Made by a program: the position numbers and the translations under genes. A DNA stretch of 64,000 bases, taken from assembly GCA_965261835.1 (NCBI GenBank), contig OZ253478.1, forward strand, positions 2,337,267-2,401,266, read 5' to 3'. Below the pieces are notes generated by a model. The model did no database searches, was not told the origin of the DNA, and worked only from the letters and a program-made list of their open reading frames with translations. Position 1 is the first letter of the stretch, and every line of letters begins with the position of its first letter. Shown piece by piece: positions 37,990-47,224 of this stretch. This DNA comes from Dehalococcoidia bacterium. GTDB taxonomy: Bacteria > Chloroflexota > Dehalococcoidia > SHYD01.

Positions 37990-39615
37990 ATGAATAACGC
38001 AGAACTTATCGTCAAGATGCTCGAGGCGGCAGGCGTGCGCTGGGTCTTCGGCATCCCCAGCGGCCCGGTGCTGCCCCTGATCGAAGCGCTGCGGCACAGC
38101 TCGATCCGCTACGTGCTGACCGCCAACGAAACCTCGGCCGGGTTCATGGCGCACACCGTGGGCGCCATGAGCGGTGTGCCGGGCGTCTGCGTGTCCACGT
38201 TGGGCCCCGGCGCCACCAACCTTGCCACCGGGGTCGGCGCGGCGTGGCTGGACCGGGCGCCGGTGATCGCCATCACCTGCAACGTGGAGACGGCTTGGCT
38301 CGACCGGCGGGTTCAGATGCGCATCGACCACCACGCGCTATTCGCGCCGCTGACCAAGGCGAGTCTCCCGCTGCGGCGCGACCGGGTAGCAGAGCGGTTG
38401 GGGCAGGCGCTGGCCCTGTGCCGGGCCGAACCGCCCGGTCCGGTGCACCTCGACCTGCCGGAGGACGTGGGCCTGGCGCCTGCCTCCGAGACCACTGCGC
38501 CGCCCGACGCCGCGGTGGCGCCGGCGGCGGCGCTGCCGCCCATCGGCCCGGACGTGCTGGCTGCGCTGGCCGCCGCATTGCAGCGCAGCCAACGGCCGCT
38601 GCTGGTGGGCGGGCTGGCCTTGACCAGAACCAAGAGCCGCCAGCGCTTACTGGAGTTCATCGAACGTCAACACCTGCCCTTTGCCCTCACGCTTCACGCC
38701 AAAGGGTTCCTGCCTGAGAGCCATCCCAATTACGTGGGCGTCATTGGCCGGGCGCGCCGCAGCGACGTCGCGGCCTTCGTGCGCCAGGCCGATCTCATCA
38801 TCGGCATGGGTTATGACCCCATCGAGATCAACTACGAAGAATGGGTGGGCGCGATCCCCGTCATGCACCTGAGCACTGAGATTGCCGACGTCGCCGCGCC
38901 GGTCCGTACCCTGCTGAACGCCGGGGGCGACCTGGAAGCCGCCTGGCCGGCCTTGGCAGCCTTGCCGCCGCAGCAACATGCGTGGACCGTTGGGGAATTC
39001 ACCGCGCACCGGCGCGCGCTGGAGCGCGCGTTGCGGCCGGAGCGGCCGGAGCGGCCCGTGAACCATGGCCTCGCTCCCCATGACGTGCTCGATGCGCTCC
39101 GGGCGCGGCTGCCTACGGACGCGATCCTGACCTACGACGTGGGGGCCCATACCCACCAGATCGCTACCCAATGGCGCACCGACGAACCCCACACCTGCTT
39201 CTCCACCAATGGCTGGTCGTCTATGGGGTTCGGGCTGCCGGCCACCTACGCGGCCAAGCTCGTCCACCCCAATCGCGTGGTGGTAGGCGTGGTGGGCGAT
39301 GGGTGCTTCCAGATGACGGTGGGCGAGGTCAGCGTGGCAAAACGCCTGGGTTTGGCCGCGCCGGTGGTGGTGCTGAACGACGGCTGGCTGGGCCTGCTGA
39401 AAGTGAAGCAGGAACGCAAGGGCTATGGGCTGTCCGGGGTGGACATCGGCGAGCCAGCGGTGCCGCCGTCCGACTATTTTGGCGTGCCATGCCGCGCCGT
39501 CCGCAATGCAGACGAGCTGACGGCGGCCCTGGATTGGGCGCTCACCCTCGAAGGCCCCAGCGTCATTGAGGCGTTGGTCGACGTGGCGCCCTACTCCACC
39601 ACCGTCTACGACTGA
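37990..39615 (+). CDS. thiamine-pyrophosphate-dependent enzyme, acetolactate-synthase-large-subunit-like
   Basis: N-terminal TPP-pyrimidine domain (GVRWVFGIPSGPVLPL), central domain, C-terminal TPP-binding motif GDGCFQM...N; 541 aa. Confidence 0.8.
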   Translation: MNNAELIVKMLEAAGVRWVFGIPSGPVLPLIEALRHSSIRYVLTANETSAGFMAHTVGAMSGVPGVCVSTLGPGATNLATGVGAAWLDRAPVIAITCNVETAWLDRRVQMRIDHHALFAPLTKASLPLRRDRVAERLGQALALCRAEPPGPVHLDLPEDVGLAPASETTAPPDAAVAPAAALPPIGPDVLAALAAALQRSQRPLLVGGLALTRTKSRQRLLEFIERQHLPFALTLHAKGFLPESHPNYVGVIGRARRSDVAAFVRQADLIIGMGYDPIEINYEEWVGAIPVMHLSTEIADVAAPVRTLLNAGGDLEAAWPALAALPPQQHAWTVGEFTAHRRALERALRPERPERPVNHGLAPHDVLDALRARLPTDAILTYDVGAHTHQIATQWRTDEPHTCFSTNGWSSMGFGLPATYAAKLVHPNRVVVGVVGDGCFQMTVGEVSVAKRLGLAAPVVVLNDGWLGLLKVKQERKGYGLSGVDIGEPAVPPSDYFGVPCRAVRNADELTAALDWALTLEGPSVIEALVDVAPYSTTVYD

Positions 39616-39633
39616 GGGGGAAGTGGGATCGCA

Positions 39634-39662
39634 GAAGGGGCGTCCATCCGCCCCTTCTTGTC
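39634..39662. terminator. hairpin GAAGGGGCG-TCCATC-CGCCCCTTC followed by TTGTCGCCCTTT
   Basis: 9-bp perfect stem between the TPP gene (+) and convergent small gene (-). Confidence 0.5.
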
Positions 39663-39691
39663 GCCCTTTAGTGGTCCTTTAGTGGATGGTA

Positions 39692-39883
39692 TTAGGTAGG
39701 GGTACCGGAAAGCTCGCCCGCGGTGATGTAGGCTTCCCCCAACGCCTTGCAGACCTGCACGGTGCCCTGAAAACGGATTTCGTACTCGTATTGCTGGCCG
39801 CCGCCGCTCACCTGCTTGGCAATCTCGTAGATGTCCGCTTTGCCCTTGGGGCCTTCTACGGAACTGACTAACTCCTCCGACAT
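39692..39883 (-). CDS. small hypothetical protein (63 aa), possible partner of the HicB-like gene
   Basis: Strong AGGAGG SD 9 nt upstream of ATG; 43 bp downstream of the HicB-like gene on the same strand; no HicA GSH motif. Confidence 0.45.
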   Translation of the reverse strand: MSEELVSSVEGPKGKADIYEIAKQVSGGGQQYEYEIRFQGTVQVCKALGEAYITAGELSGTPT

Positions 39884-39926
39884 TGGGAAACCTCCTGAGC
39901 TACTATCCAGCTACTATGCGCGCCCC

Positions 39927-40250
39927 TTAGCGGGCGTCGGTCAACTTTCCGTTATCCACCAGCCACTTGCTGAACTCCAACTGCTCGCGGTTGAGCGCAG
40001 GCATGGCCGACTTGAGCGGAGGCCGCGGCACCGGTACCGGCCGGCCCTGCTCCAAGAGCTGCATGATGATTTGCACCCGCAGCTGCTCCAACTGCTCGAT
40101 GATCTCCACCGCGGATATCCCCTCCACCACGCAGCCCGGCAGCTCGGGCATCGAGGCGCGGCGCATCCACTCGCCGTTGTCCGCCTCAAACGACTCAACC
40201 GACAATATATAGGGGATAGCCATGTATTCTTCTATTGTCATGCTCGCCAT
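39927..40250 (-). CDS. HicB-like (UPF0150) antitoxin-family protein
   Basis: Perfect AAGGAGG SD before ATG at 40250; sequence SVESFEADNGEWMRRASMPELPGCVVEGISAVEIIEQLEQLRVQII matches the HicB N-terminal RNase-H-like antitoxin domain. Confidence 0.65.
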   Translation of the reverse strand: MASMTIEEYMAIPYILSVESFEADNGEWMRRASMPELPGCVVEGISAVEIIEQLEQLRVQIIMQLLEQGRPVPVPRPPLKSAMPALNREQLEFSKWLVDNGKLTDAR

Positions 40251-40419
40251 GATCTTGCCTCCTTTGGGCGTCCGGGCACCGCTGGACACCGCCGCCCTAG
40301 TGCAGCAGTCCTGATGAAGCGTAGTGGTGTGATTGTAGTACTGGCGTGCCCCCCGCTGCAATGCGGCAATACGCTATAATAGCGGTCAGACGCGGCTAGA
40401 TTTCGAAGGACGTGGCGGC

Positions 40420-41469
40420 ATGATCAAACTAGACACGCTGGATACGCAGCTCCTCAACCTGATTCAGGGCGATTTTCCGCTTGATCCCCAGCCCTTTGCC
40501 CGCTTAGCGGAGCGTTTCGAGACCAGCGAAGCTGAGATCCTCGCCCGCCTGGGCCGGATGAAGGACGGCAGCGTGATCCGGCAGATCAGCGCGATATTCG
40601 ACACCAAGGCGCTGGGCTATCAGAGCTCGCTGGTGGCGATGGCGGTGGCGCCGGAGCGGCTGGAGGCGGCGGCGGCCATCGTGAATGGGCATCCGGGGGT
40701 GAGCCACAACTACAAGCGCGATCACAGCTTCAACCTATGGTTCACCATCGCCATGCCGCCCACCAGCAGCCTCCAGGCCACGGTGGACCGGCTGCACCAG
40801 CTGTCGGGCGCTACGTCCACCCGGATTCTTCCCACGCTGCACCTGTTCAAGATCGGCGTGGAGTTGGACATGACCGGCAAGGAGTCGCTCACCCGCCGCT
40901 CGGACCCGGCCTACAGCGCGGACAAGCGGGAGCGGTCGAAAGACTACGCCATCAGCAACGAGGACATCGCCTTCATCCGCGCCATTCAGAACGATATGGA
41001 GCTGGTGCCGCGCCCGTATGCCGACGCCGCGACCCGATTGGGCGTGACCGAGGAGGCGCTGCTGGAGCACGCCCGCAAGCTCATCGGCACCGGTCATCTG
41101 CGGCGGATCGCCGCGATTCTGTACCACCGCCGCGCCGGCTACGCGGCCAACGGCATGGCGGTGTGGCAGGTGCCGGAGGACAAGCTGCACGAAGTGGGCA
41201 ACCAGATGGCCTCCTTCACCGTGGTCAGCCACTGCTACCTCCGCCCGACCTACGAGGACTGGCCGTACAACATCTTCACCATGCTCCACGGCCGCAAGAT
41301 CGCCGACTGCTACGAAGTGGCGAAGGCGATCTCCGAGACCACCGGGGTTACCGAGTACGCCATGCTGTTCAGCACCAAGGAGTACAAGAAAGTGCGGCTG
41401 CGGCTGTTTACCCCGGAGTACGAGGAGTGGGAGGCCCGCTACCTGACGCCGGCTCCGGTGGCTTCCTGA
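40420..41469 (+). CDS. fused Lrp/AsnC-like siroheme decarboxylase family protein (NirDL / AhbAB-like)
   Basis: 349 aa with two tandem Lrp/AsnC-type HTH + ligand-domain repeats (LDTQLLNLIQ..., and second repeat AFIRAIQNDMELVPRPY...) as in NirD-NirL/AhbA-AhbB fusions. Confidence 0.6.
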   Translation: MIKLDTLDTQLLNLIQGDFPLDPQPFARLAERFETSEAEILARLGRMKDGSVIRQISAIFDTKALGYQSSLVAMAVAPERLEAAAAIVNGHPGVSHNYKRDHSFNLWFTIAMPPTSSLQATVDRLHQLSGATSTRILPTLHLFKIGVELDMTGKESLTRRSDPAYSADKRERSKDYAISNEDIAFIRAIQNDMELVPRPYADAATRLGVTEEALLEHARKLIGTGHLRRIAAILYHRRAGYAANGMAVWQVPEDKLHEVGNQMASFTVVSHCYLRPTYEDWPYNIFTMLHGRKIADCYEVAKAISETTGVTEYAMLFSTKEYKKVRLRLFTPEYEEWEARYLTPAPVAS

Positions 41470-41633
41470 AGCGCGGTGCCCCACTAGACCACCCAACCCC
41501 GACGGGGATCCGGGCAGGAACCGGGGCGAGGCCGCTTGACTTGTAGCCGCCCGTTCCATTTTGTACAATACAGCAGTTACAATCTAGCCTAAGTGGGACT
41601 CATTTCTCGCAGGCCGAGCAGGGAGGATCAAGT

Positions 41634-42509
41634 TTGCACCGTTTCGACTACTACACCCCCGCAACGGTAGCGGAAGCCGTCGAACTCCTTAGCACTAAGG
41701 GAGACGGCGGTAAGGTATTGGCGGGCGGCACAGACCTCATGCCGCAGATGAAGGAGCGGGGCCGTCACCCCAAGTACATCGTCAGCATCAAGAATATCGA
41801 GGAACTACGCAGCGTTAGCTACAGCGCGAGCGATGGGCTTACGGTTGGCGCCGGGATGAGGATGACCGCCCTGCAGCGCGAGGCGTCGGTCAAAAGCAAT
41901 TACGACGTCATCGTTCAGGGCGCTGAGCTCATTGGCTCACTGCAAACCCAGAACTTGGCTACCATTGGCGGGAACGTCTGCAATGCGGCGCCCTCCGCCG
42001 ATGCCGTCCCCGCGTTCGTTATCTTGGACGCCCAAGCCATGATTGCGGGGCCGAATGGCAGCCGCACGGTGCCACTCACCGAGGTGATCACCGGCCCAGG
42101 CATGACCAGCTTGGCGCCGAATGAGATGCTCACCAGCCTCAGCGTAGCGTCACCGCTACCCCGCAGCGCCGGTGCCTATCTACGTCACGTTCCTCGCAAA
42201 GAGCTGGACATCGCCGTTGCCGGCGTGGGAGTGTACATCCAGTTGGACGAAGCCAAGGAACGCGTTACCCACGCCCGAGTGTGCCTCGCGTCGGTAGCGC
42301 CGATCCCCATGCGGGCTGAACAGACGGAAGCGGCGCTGATGGGCCAAGCCGTCACGCCGGAACTCATCGAGCAGGCAGGCCAGGTTGCGGCGGGCGAGTC
42401 GCGCCCGATCTCCGACCAGCGTGGTTCCGCGGCGTTCCGGCGGCAGTTGGTGAAAGCCCTGACCGTCAAGACCCTCACGGATGCCGTAAACCGGATCAAA
42501 AGCAGCTAA
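41634..42509 (+). CDS. coxM: xanthine-dehydrogenase-family FAD-binding subunit (CoxM-like)
   Basis: 291 aa; FAD-binding domain (KVLAGGTDLMPQMK) plus CO-dehydrogenase flavoprotein C-terminal domain. Confidence 0.85.
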   Translation: MHRFDYYTPATVAEAVELLSTKGDGGKVLAGGTDLMPQMKERGRHPKYIVSIKNIEELRSVSYSASDGLTVGAGMRMTALQREASVKSNYDVIVQGAELIGSLQTQNLATIGGNVCNAAPSADAVPAFVILDAQAMIAGPNGSRTVPLTEVITGPGMTSLAPNEMLTSLSVASPLPRSAGAYLRHVPRKELDIAVAGVGVYIQLDEAKERVTHARVCLASVAPIPMRAEQTEAALMGQAVTPELIEQAGQVAAGESRPISDQRGSAAFRRQLVKALTVKTLTDAVNRIKSS

Positions 42510-42546
42510 AGCGATAGTGTAAGCAAAGTAATCATTAGGTGAGCCA

Positions 42547-43011
42547 ATGGCGAAACAGATTTTTCGACTCAACGTCAACAACTTCGACTACGAAGTCTTT
42601 GTAGAACCGAACCGGTGCCTCCACGAGGTCATCCGAGAGGAGATCGGGCTAACCGGTACCAAAGAGGGCTGCGGCACCGGCGATTGCGGCGCATGCACGC
42701 TGTGGCTGGACGGAGAACCAGTGACCTCCTGCCTAGTGCTCGCGGGTGAGGGTGAAGACGTCCCGATCACGACCATCGAGGGGCTGGCCCAAGGCGATAC
42801 GCTCCACCCGGTTCAAGCGGCCTTTGTGGAGTACGGCGGGTTGCAGTGCGGCTTCTGCATCCCTGGCATGCTGATGTCGGCAGCCGCAGTGCTCAAGGAG
42901 CACCCCCACGCCACGTCAGACGAGATCCGACGCGGCATCGCCGGCAACCTCTGCCGATGCACCGGTTACACCAAGATCGTTGAAGCCATCGCAGCCGTAG
43001 CCAAGAACTAA
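42547..43011 (+). CDS. coxS: (2Fe-2S)-binding small subunit (CoxS-like)
   Basis: 154 aa; plant-type ferredoxin motif CGTGDCGAC and second cluster motif CGFCIPG...CRCTGY. Confidence 0.9.
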   Translation: MAKQIFRLNVNNFDYEVFVEPNRCLHEVIREEIGLTGTKEGCGTGDCGACTLWLDGEPVTSCLVLAGEGEDVPITTIEGLAQGDTLHPVQAAFVEYGGLQCGFCIPGMLMSAAAVLKEHPHATSDEIRRGIAGNLCRCTGYTKIVEAIAAVAKN

Positions 43012-43020
43012 GGAGGTCGC

Positions 43021-45309
43021 ATGACTACCACCTATCGAGCCGTCCATCAGCGTCTACCACGGTTAGAAGGCCCCGCCAAAGTCAGTGGCGGGACGGTCTA
43101 CACCGCGGACGTACAGATTCCCAACATGGCGCACGCCAAGGTATTGCATGCGCCCTACACCCACGCCATGATCACGAAGCTGGACACCTCCAAGGCCGCG
43201 AGCTATCCGGGCGTGGTGGGCGTGTTCACCGCCGCGGACCTGCCGCCGCACCTGGCACGCGACAGCGCCAACCGTCTGAACACCATTCTGGCGGACAAAG
43301 AGGTGATGTACTACGGACAGCCCATAGCCGCGGTGGTGGCGCTGGAGCCGCACATTGCCGAGGAAGCGCTCGACCTCATTACCGTGGAGTACGAAGAGCT
43401 CCCGGTAGTGATGGACATCCTGGATGCGTTGAAGCCCGACTCGCTGCCCGTGCGCCACTCCATGGAGGGCATCGACCGCTCCGAGCTGAAGGCGCACACC
43501 ACGGTCACCGAGGAGGCAGAGGAGGAAGAGCAGGCCTCGCCCAATATCACTCACCGCCTGGTATGGAGCCGCGGCGATGTTGAGCAGGCGTTCAAAGACT
43601 CCGACGTCGTCATCGAGCGAGAGTACCGGGCGTCTTGGGTGCACCAAGGCTACATCGAGACCATGGGCGCCGTTGTCGATTGCGACATGAACGGCAACTA
43701 CAAGGTCTGGACGAGCACCCAAGGCGACTTCCCTACCCGTGAAGGCCTTGCCAAGCTTCTGGGCGTTCCGGAGACCAAGATCGTAGTGGACTTCGTGGAG
43801 ATGGGCGGCGGCTTCGGCGCCAAGATCCAGCCCTATGCGGCCGCCGTGCCGGCAGTGCTGGCCCGTATCCTGCGCCGTCCGATTAAGTTCATCATGAGCC
43901 GGAGTGAAGACCTGCGCTCGGCAGACCCTGCGCCCGGCGCTTACTTCTGGCTCAAGACCGCCGCCATGAAGGACGGCACCCTCACCGCATTGAAGGCCAC
44001 GGCCGCTTACGACTCCGGTTCATTCCCTGGCAGCCCGCTGTTGGCCGGCGCCAACCTGCTGGGCAGCTACTACAAGTGCCCCAACCTGGAGATCGAAGGG
44101 CTGGAGGTCATCACCAACAAAGTGAGCCAGGGCGCACTGCGAGCGCCGGGCACCCCCCAGGCCACCTTCGCCATCGACTCTAACATGGAGCTCATGGCCA
44201 AGGCGTTGGGGATGGATTCTCTGGAGCTCCGCCGGAAGAACGTGGTCACTGAAGGTGACCCTATGGCCAACGGCCGGCCTTTCGGCAGGGTTGGCGGCGT
44301 GGAAGTACTAGACGCCCTGAAAGAGACCGAATTCTGGAAGAACCGCAACGACCGCCCGGAGCTGCCCGGCAAGAAGGTCGGTGTGGGCATTGGCCTCGGT
44401 GGCTGGCTGGGCGGCGCCGCACCGTCCAGCGCATCCGTCCTGCTTAACCAGGATGGCACCGCGAGCGTTCTGGTGGGCGCCAATGACATCAGCGGCACCA
44501 ACACCTCCTTCGGGCAAATCACGGCGGAGGTCCTGGGCCTCTCACCGGATAAAGTGAGCGTCCGCACCGGCAGCACGGATGCTGCCCCCTACGCCGGCTT
44601 CAGTGCGGGCAGCAAGACCCTGCGCACCGTAGGTCTCTCGGTGGAGATGGCGGCCACGGACGCCCGAGACCAGATGTTCAAGCTGGTAGCGCAGCGCTTG
44701 GAGTGCAACGCCGACGATCTAGAGGCTGCGGACGGCCAGATCCGGGTGAAGGGATCGCCCGACAAAGCTATCAGTCTTGAGGTACTGGGCACCATGACCA
44801 CCAGCTACGGCTCACCGGCGCCGGTGGTACTGGGCCGCGGCCATTCGGGTTCCCCCCCGATGGCGCCCGGCTTCTCGCTGCAGGGCGTGAAAGTGGCCGT
44901 AGATCCCGAGACCGGCCAAGTAGATATTCTGGACGCCGTGTGCGTGCAGGATGTGGGCTTTGCCATCAACCCCCTGTCCGTGGAGAGCCAGCTCCAGGGC
45001 GGTATGGTTCAGTCGCTCTCCATCGGCTTCTCCGAAGAGATGGTGTGGGACGACAAGGGCGTGCTCCGCAACCCCAGCTTGCTGGACTACCGGCTGCCCA
45101 CCGCGCTGGATATCCCTGACATCGAGGTCAAGCTGGTGGAGGTACCGGTGCCGGGTGCTGGCCCCTTTGGCGCCAAAGGCATCGGCGAGCCACCCATCGC
45201 TCCCGGCTGCGCGGCATTGGTTAACGCCATTGAAGACGCAGTGGGCAGCCGGGTATACACGATGCCCGCCACCGCCGAGCGCATCCTTACCGCAATGGGC
45301 AAGATCTAA
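43021..45309 (+). CDS. coxL: molybdopterin-binding large subunit of a xanthine-dehydrogenase / aerobic CO-dehydrogenase family enzyme (CoxL-like)
   Basis: 762 aa; aldehyde oxidase/xanthine dehydrogenase a/b hammerhead and Moco-binding domains; M-S-L gene order. Confidence 0.85.
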   Translation: MTTTYRAVHQRLPRLEGPAKVSGGTVYTADVQIPNMAHAKVLHAPYTHAMITKLDTSKAASYPGVVGVFTAADLPPHLARDSANRLNTILADKEVMYYGQPIAAVVALEPHIAEEALDLITVEYEELPVVMDILDALKPDSLPVRHSMEGIDRSELKAHTTVTEEAEEEEQASPNITHRLVWSRGDVEQAFKDSDVVIEREYRASWVHQGYIETMGAVVDCDMNGNYKVWTSTQGDFPTREGLAKLLGVPETKIVVDFVEMGGGFGAKIQPYAAAVPAVLARILRRPIKFIMSRSEDLRSADPAPGAYFWLKTAAMKDGTLTALKATAAYDSGSFPGSPLLAGANLLGSYYKCPNLEIEGLEVITNKVSQGALRAPGTPQATFAIDSNMELMAKALGMDSLELRRKNVVTEGDPMANGRPFGRVGGVEVLDALKETEFWKNRNDRPELPGKKVGVGIGLGGWLGGAAPSSASVLLNQDGTASVLVGANDISGTNTSFGQITAEVLGLSPDKVSVRTGSTDAAPYAGFSAGSKTLRTVGLSVEMAATDARDQMFKLVAQRLECNADDLEAADGQIRVKGSPDKAISLEVLGTMTTSYGSPAPVVLGRGHSGSPPMAPGFSLQGVKVAVDPETGQVDILDAVCVQDVGFAINPLSVESQLQGGMVQSLSIGFSEEMVWDDKGVLRNPSLLDYRLPTALDIPDIEVKLVEVPVPGAGPFGAKGIGEPPIAPGCAALVNAIEDAVGSRVYTMPATAERILTAMGKI

Positions 45310-45336
45310 ACGCCCCAATAGACAGAGACAGACAAT

Positions 45337-45376
45337 GCAGGAGGCCCGCCGGAGATTATCCGGCGGGCCTGCTGCA
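45337..45376. terminator. bidirectional hairpin GCAGGAGGCCCGCCGG-AGATTAT-CCGGCGGGCCTGCTGC
   Basis: 16-bp stem (one mismatch) between convergent coxL and cyclase genes. Confidence 0.5.
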
Positions 45377-45397
45377 TTAGTCACACTTTGGTCCTTG

Positions 45398-46342
45398 TCA
45401 GAACACCGCCACCGGGTTCACCGGCGATCCGGTCCCATACTGGATGCGCAGCGGATTGATGGTGAGCATAAACTCCCAGCGGTTGTGCTGCGCACAGGCC
45501 GCCGCTAGCTCCTCAAGGTTGCAGTTATCTATCAGCCATAAGCCCATGCCGGCAATGCCCACTTGGTGCACCGGTCGCACCATATCCTGATATCCGGACG
45601 GTATCTGGTCATTGGCGGTGTCCGATCCCAGCATCGCGATGTCCCGTTCTCGGAACCAGGGCAGGCAGGACGCTTGCGGGCCCGTCCGGCTCTCGAGAGC
45701 GCTCGGCCCTTCTACTAAGCGCCGCTTGAAGTCACCGGTGCGGATAAGCAGGATGTCGCCCGGCCCTACTTGCACATTGCAGGCCTGCGCGGCGGCATCC
45801 AGTTCGTCGGGCCAGATGGCATCGCCAAACTCCACCCAGTCCACCCCACGCAGCCGCGCGATGTCCAGTAAAACGCCCCGGCTTACTACGCCGTCCTTGA
45901 GGAGCTCGATTGACCCCACGGTTGCGCCCTCCCGCGTGGTGATTAGCTGGGAAGGCCGGCCGTTGTACAACTTGCCGCGCCAGAAAATGTGCGACAAGCT
46001 ATCAACGTGCGTGATCATGAAACCGTGGAACACCATGCCGATGTAGTCGCTAGCCGCCTGCAACTCGCCCGGTTGCTGCTCGTGGAGAGCATACTCCTCA
46101 CCGCTGTACGCCATGAAGTGCGAGACCGTCTGGCGCACGTCCACGGCGTTCTGCGTGGTGAGCACTCGGGCGCAGGAAACCGGCGCGCCTTCCTGCACCA
46201 GACCCGCGGCCTGCCGTACTTTCTCCGGCGTCACAAGGTTCATCGTGCCTAATTGGTCATCCGGGCCCCAACGGCCCCAGTTGCTTAGCGTCTCGAAGTA
46301 TCCTAACGTGGTTGCTTCGTCCGGAGGCATGCGATCTGCCAT
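45398..46342 (-). CDS. cyclase family protein (kynurenine-formamidase-like fold)
   Basis: 314 aa; putative-cyclase family HxxxDxxxH-containing region (HGFMITHVDSLSH). Confidence 0.75.
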   Translation of the reverse strand: MADRMPPDEATTLGYFETLSNWGRWGPDDQLGTMNLVTPEKVRQAAGLVQEGAPVSCARVLTTQNAVDVRQTVSHFMAYSGEEYALHEQQPGELQAASDYIGMVFHGFMITHVDSLSHIFWRGKLYNGRPSQLITTREGATVGSIELLKDGVVSRGVLLDIARLRGVDWVEFGDAIWPDELDAAAQACNVQVGPGDILLIRTGDFKRRLVEGPSALESRTGPQASCLPWFRERDIAMLGSDTANDQIPSGYQDMVRPVHQVGIAGMGLWLIDNCNLEELAAACAQHNRWEFMLTINPLRIQYGTGSPVNPVAVF

Positions 46343-46360
46343 CTGCTTCTCCTTACTGCG

Positions 46361-47164
46361 TTATTTCGTCCGGTACATAGCCGGCAGCTTGCTTAACCCC
46401 AGCATACTCACCACGGCAAGGCCTAGGGCCAGCATGAGAACCAGCACCGCAATGATTACCGTGGCATCACGAAAAAACTCAAACGGATACATCATGATGA
46501 GAAAATCCCGCCTGGGATCAAGCATCCAGAAGTCATTACTGAAGCTCAGCAGATGGAACTGTAAAAAGAGCTGTTCAAATCCAACAAGGGTTCCCAGGCC
46601 TGCCAGTACTACCAAGCCCACCGTAAGCCCACTGCCCTGGAACACGGTGCTGAGCACGCGGGGAACAAAGAACAACCTCCTCACCCACAGCCCAATGCCC
46701 AACAGCAACAGCAGCATGGTGAAGATGGCGTTCTCTACGAACCGTACTCGCCCCAGCAACTCCTTTACATCCGCCATGTGCGTAATCTCACGCTGGTTGT
46801 AAAGCTCGAAAGGTGCGCCTCCCCGTTGCACCACAACGTGCAGCGGTTCTTCGTTTTCGGCGTTAAAATAATCCCGGGTCTGCGCCGCCGCATCAAGCAG
46901 CTGGTCCATCGCTATACCTGTCCGTTGGGGTATGCCGTACACCTCGAAACCGTACTCATACAACAAGGGCGCGTTGACCACCACGCGTACCGAGAAGACA
47001 ATCAGGAACAGCGGTATACAGATGACGGCGGCGATTTTCAGCAATCGCAATGCCCAACGGCCAGCGTTGTGCATTAACGTGCGGCCTGGAGGCAGTTCGG
47101 CCAAGTTCGATCCCGCGGCGTTGAAATACTCCACCATTCTGGCACCGCATGGTGCGTAAGGCAA
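46361..47164 (-). CDS. integral membrane protein, TIGR01906 / DUF1461 family
   Basis: 267 aa; N-terminal and C-terminal TM segments with extracytoplasmic middle region; family-typical layout. Confidence 0.55.
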   Translation of the reverse strand: MPYAPCGARMVEYFNAAGSNLAELPPGRTLMHNAGRWALRLLKIAAVICIPLFLIVFSVRVVVNAPLLYEYGFEVYGIPQRTGIAMDQLLDAAAQTRDYFNAENEEPLHVVVQRGGAPFELYNQREITHMADVKELLGRVRFVENAIFTMLLLLLGIGLWVRRLFFVPRVLSTVFQGSGLTVGLVVLAGLGTLVGFEQLFLQFHLLSFSNDFWMLDPRRDFLIMMYPFEFFRDATVIIAVLVLMLALGLAVVSMLGLSKLPAMYRTK

Positions 47165-47224
47165 TCAAGCGCAGACTATACCTCAAGGTGCTACAATCAG
47201 CGCGACCGCAGCCTCATCCACACC

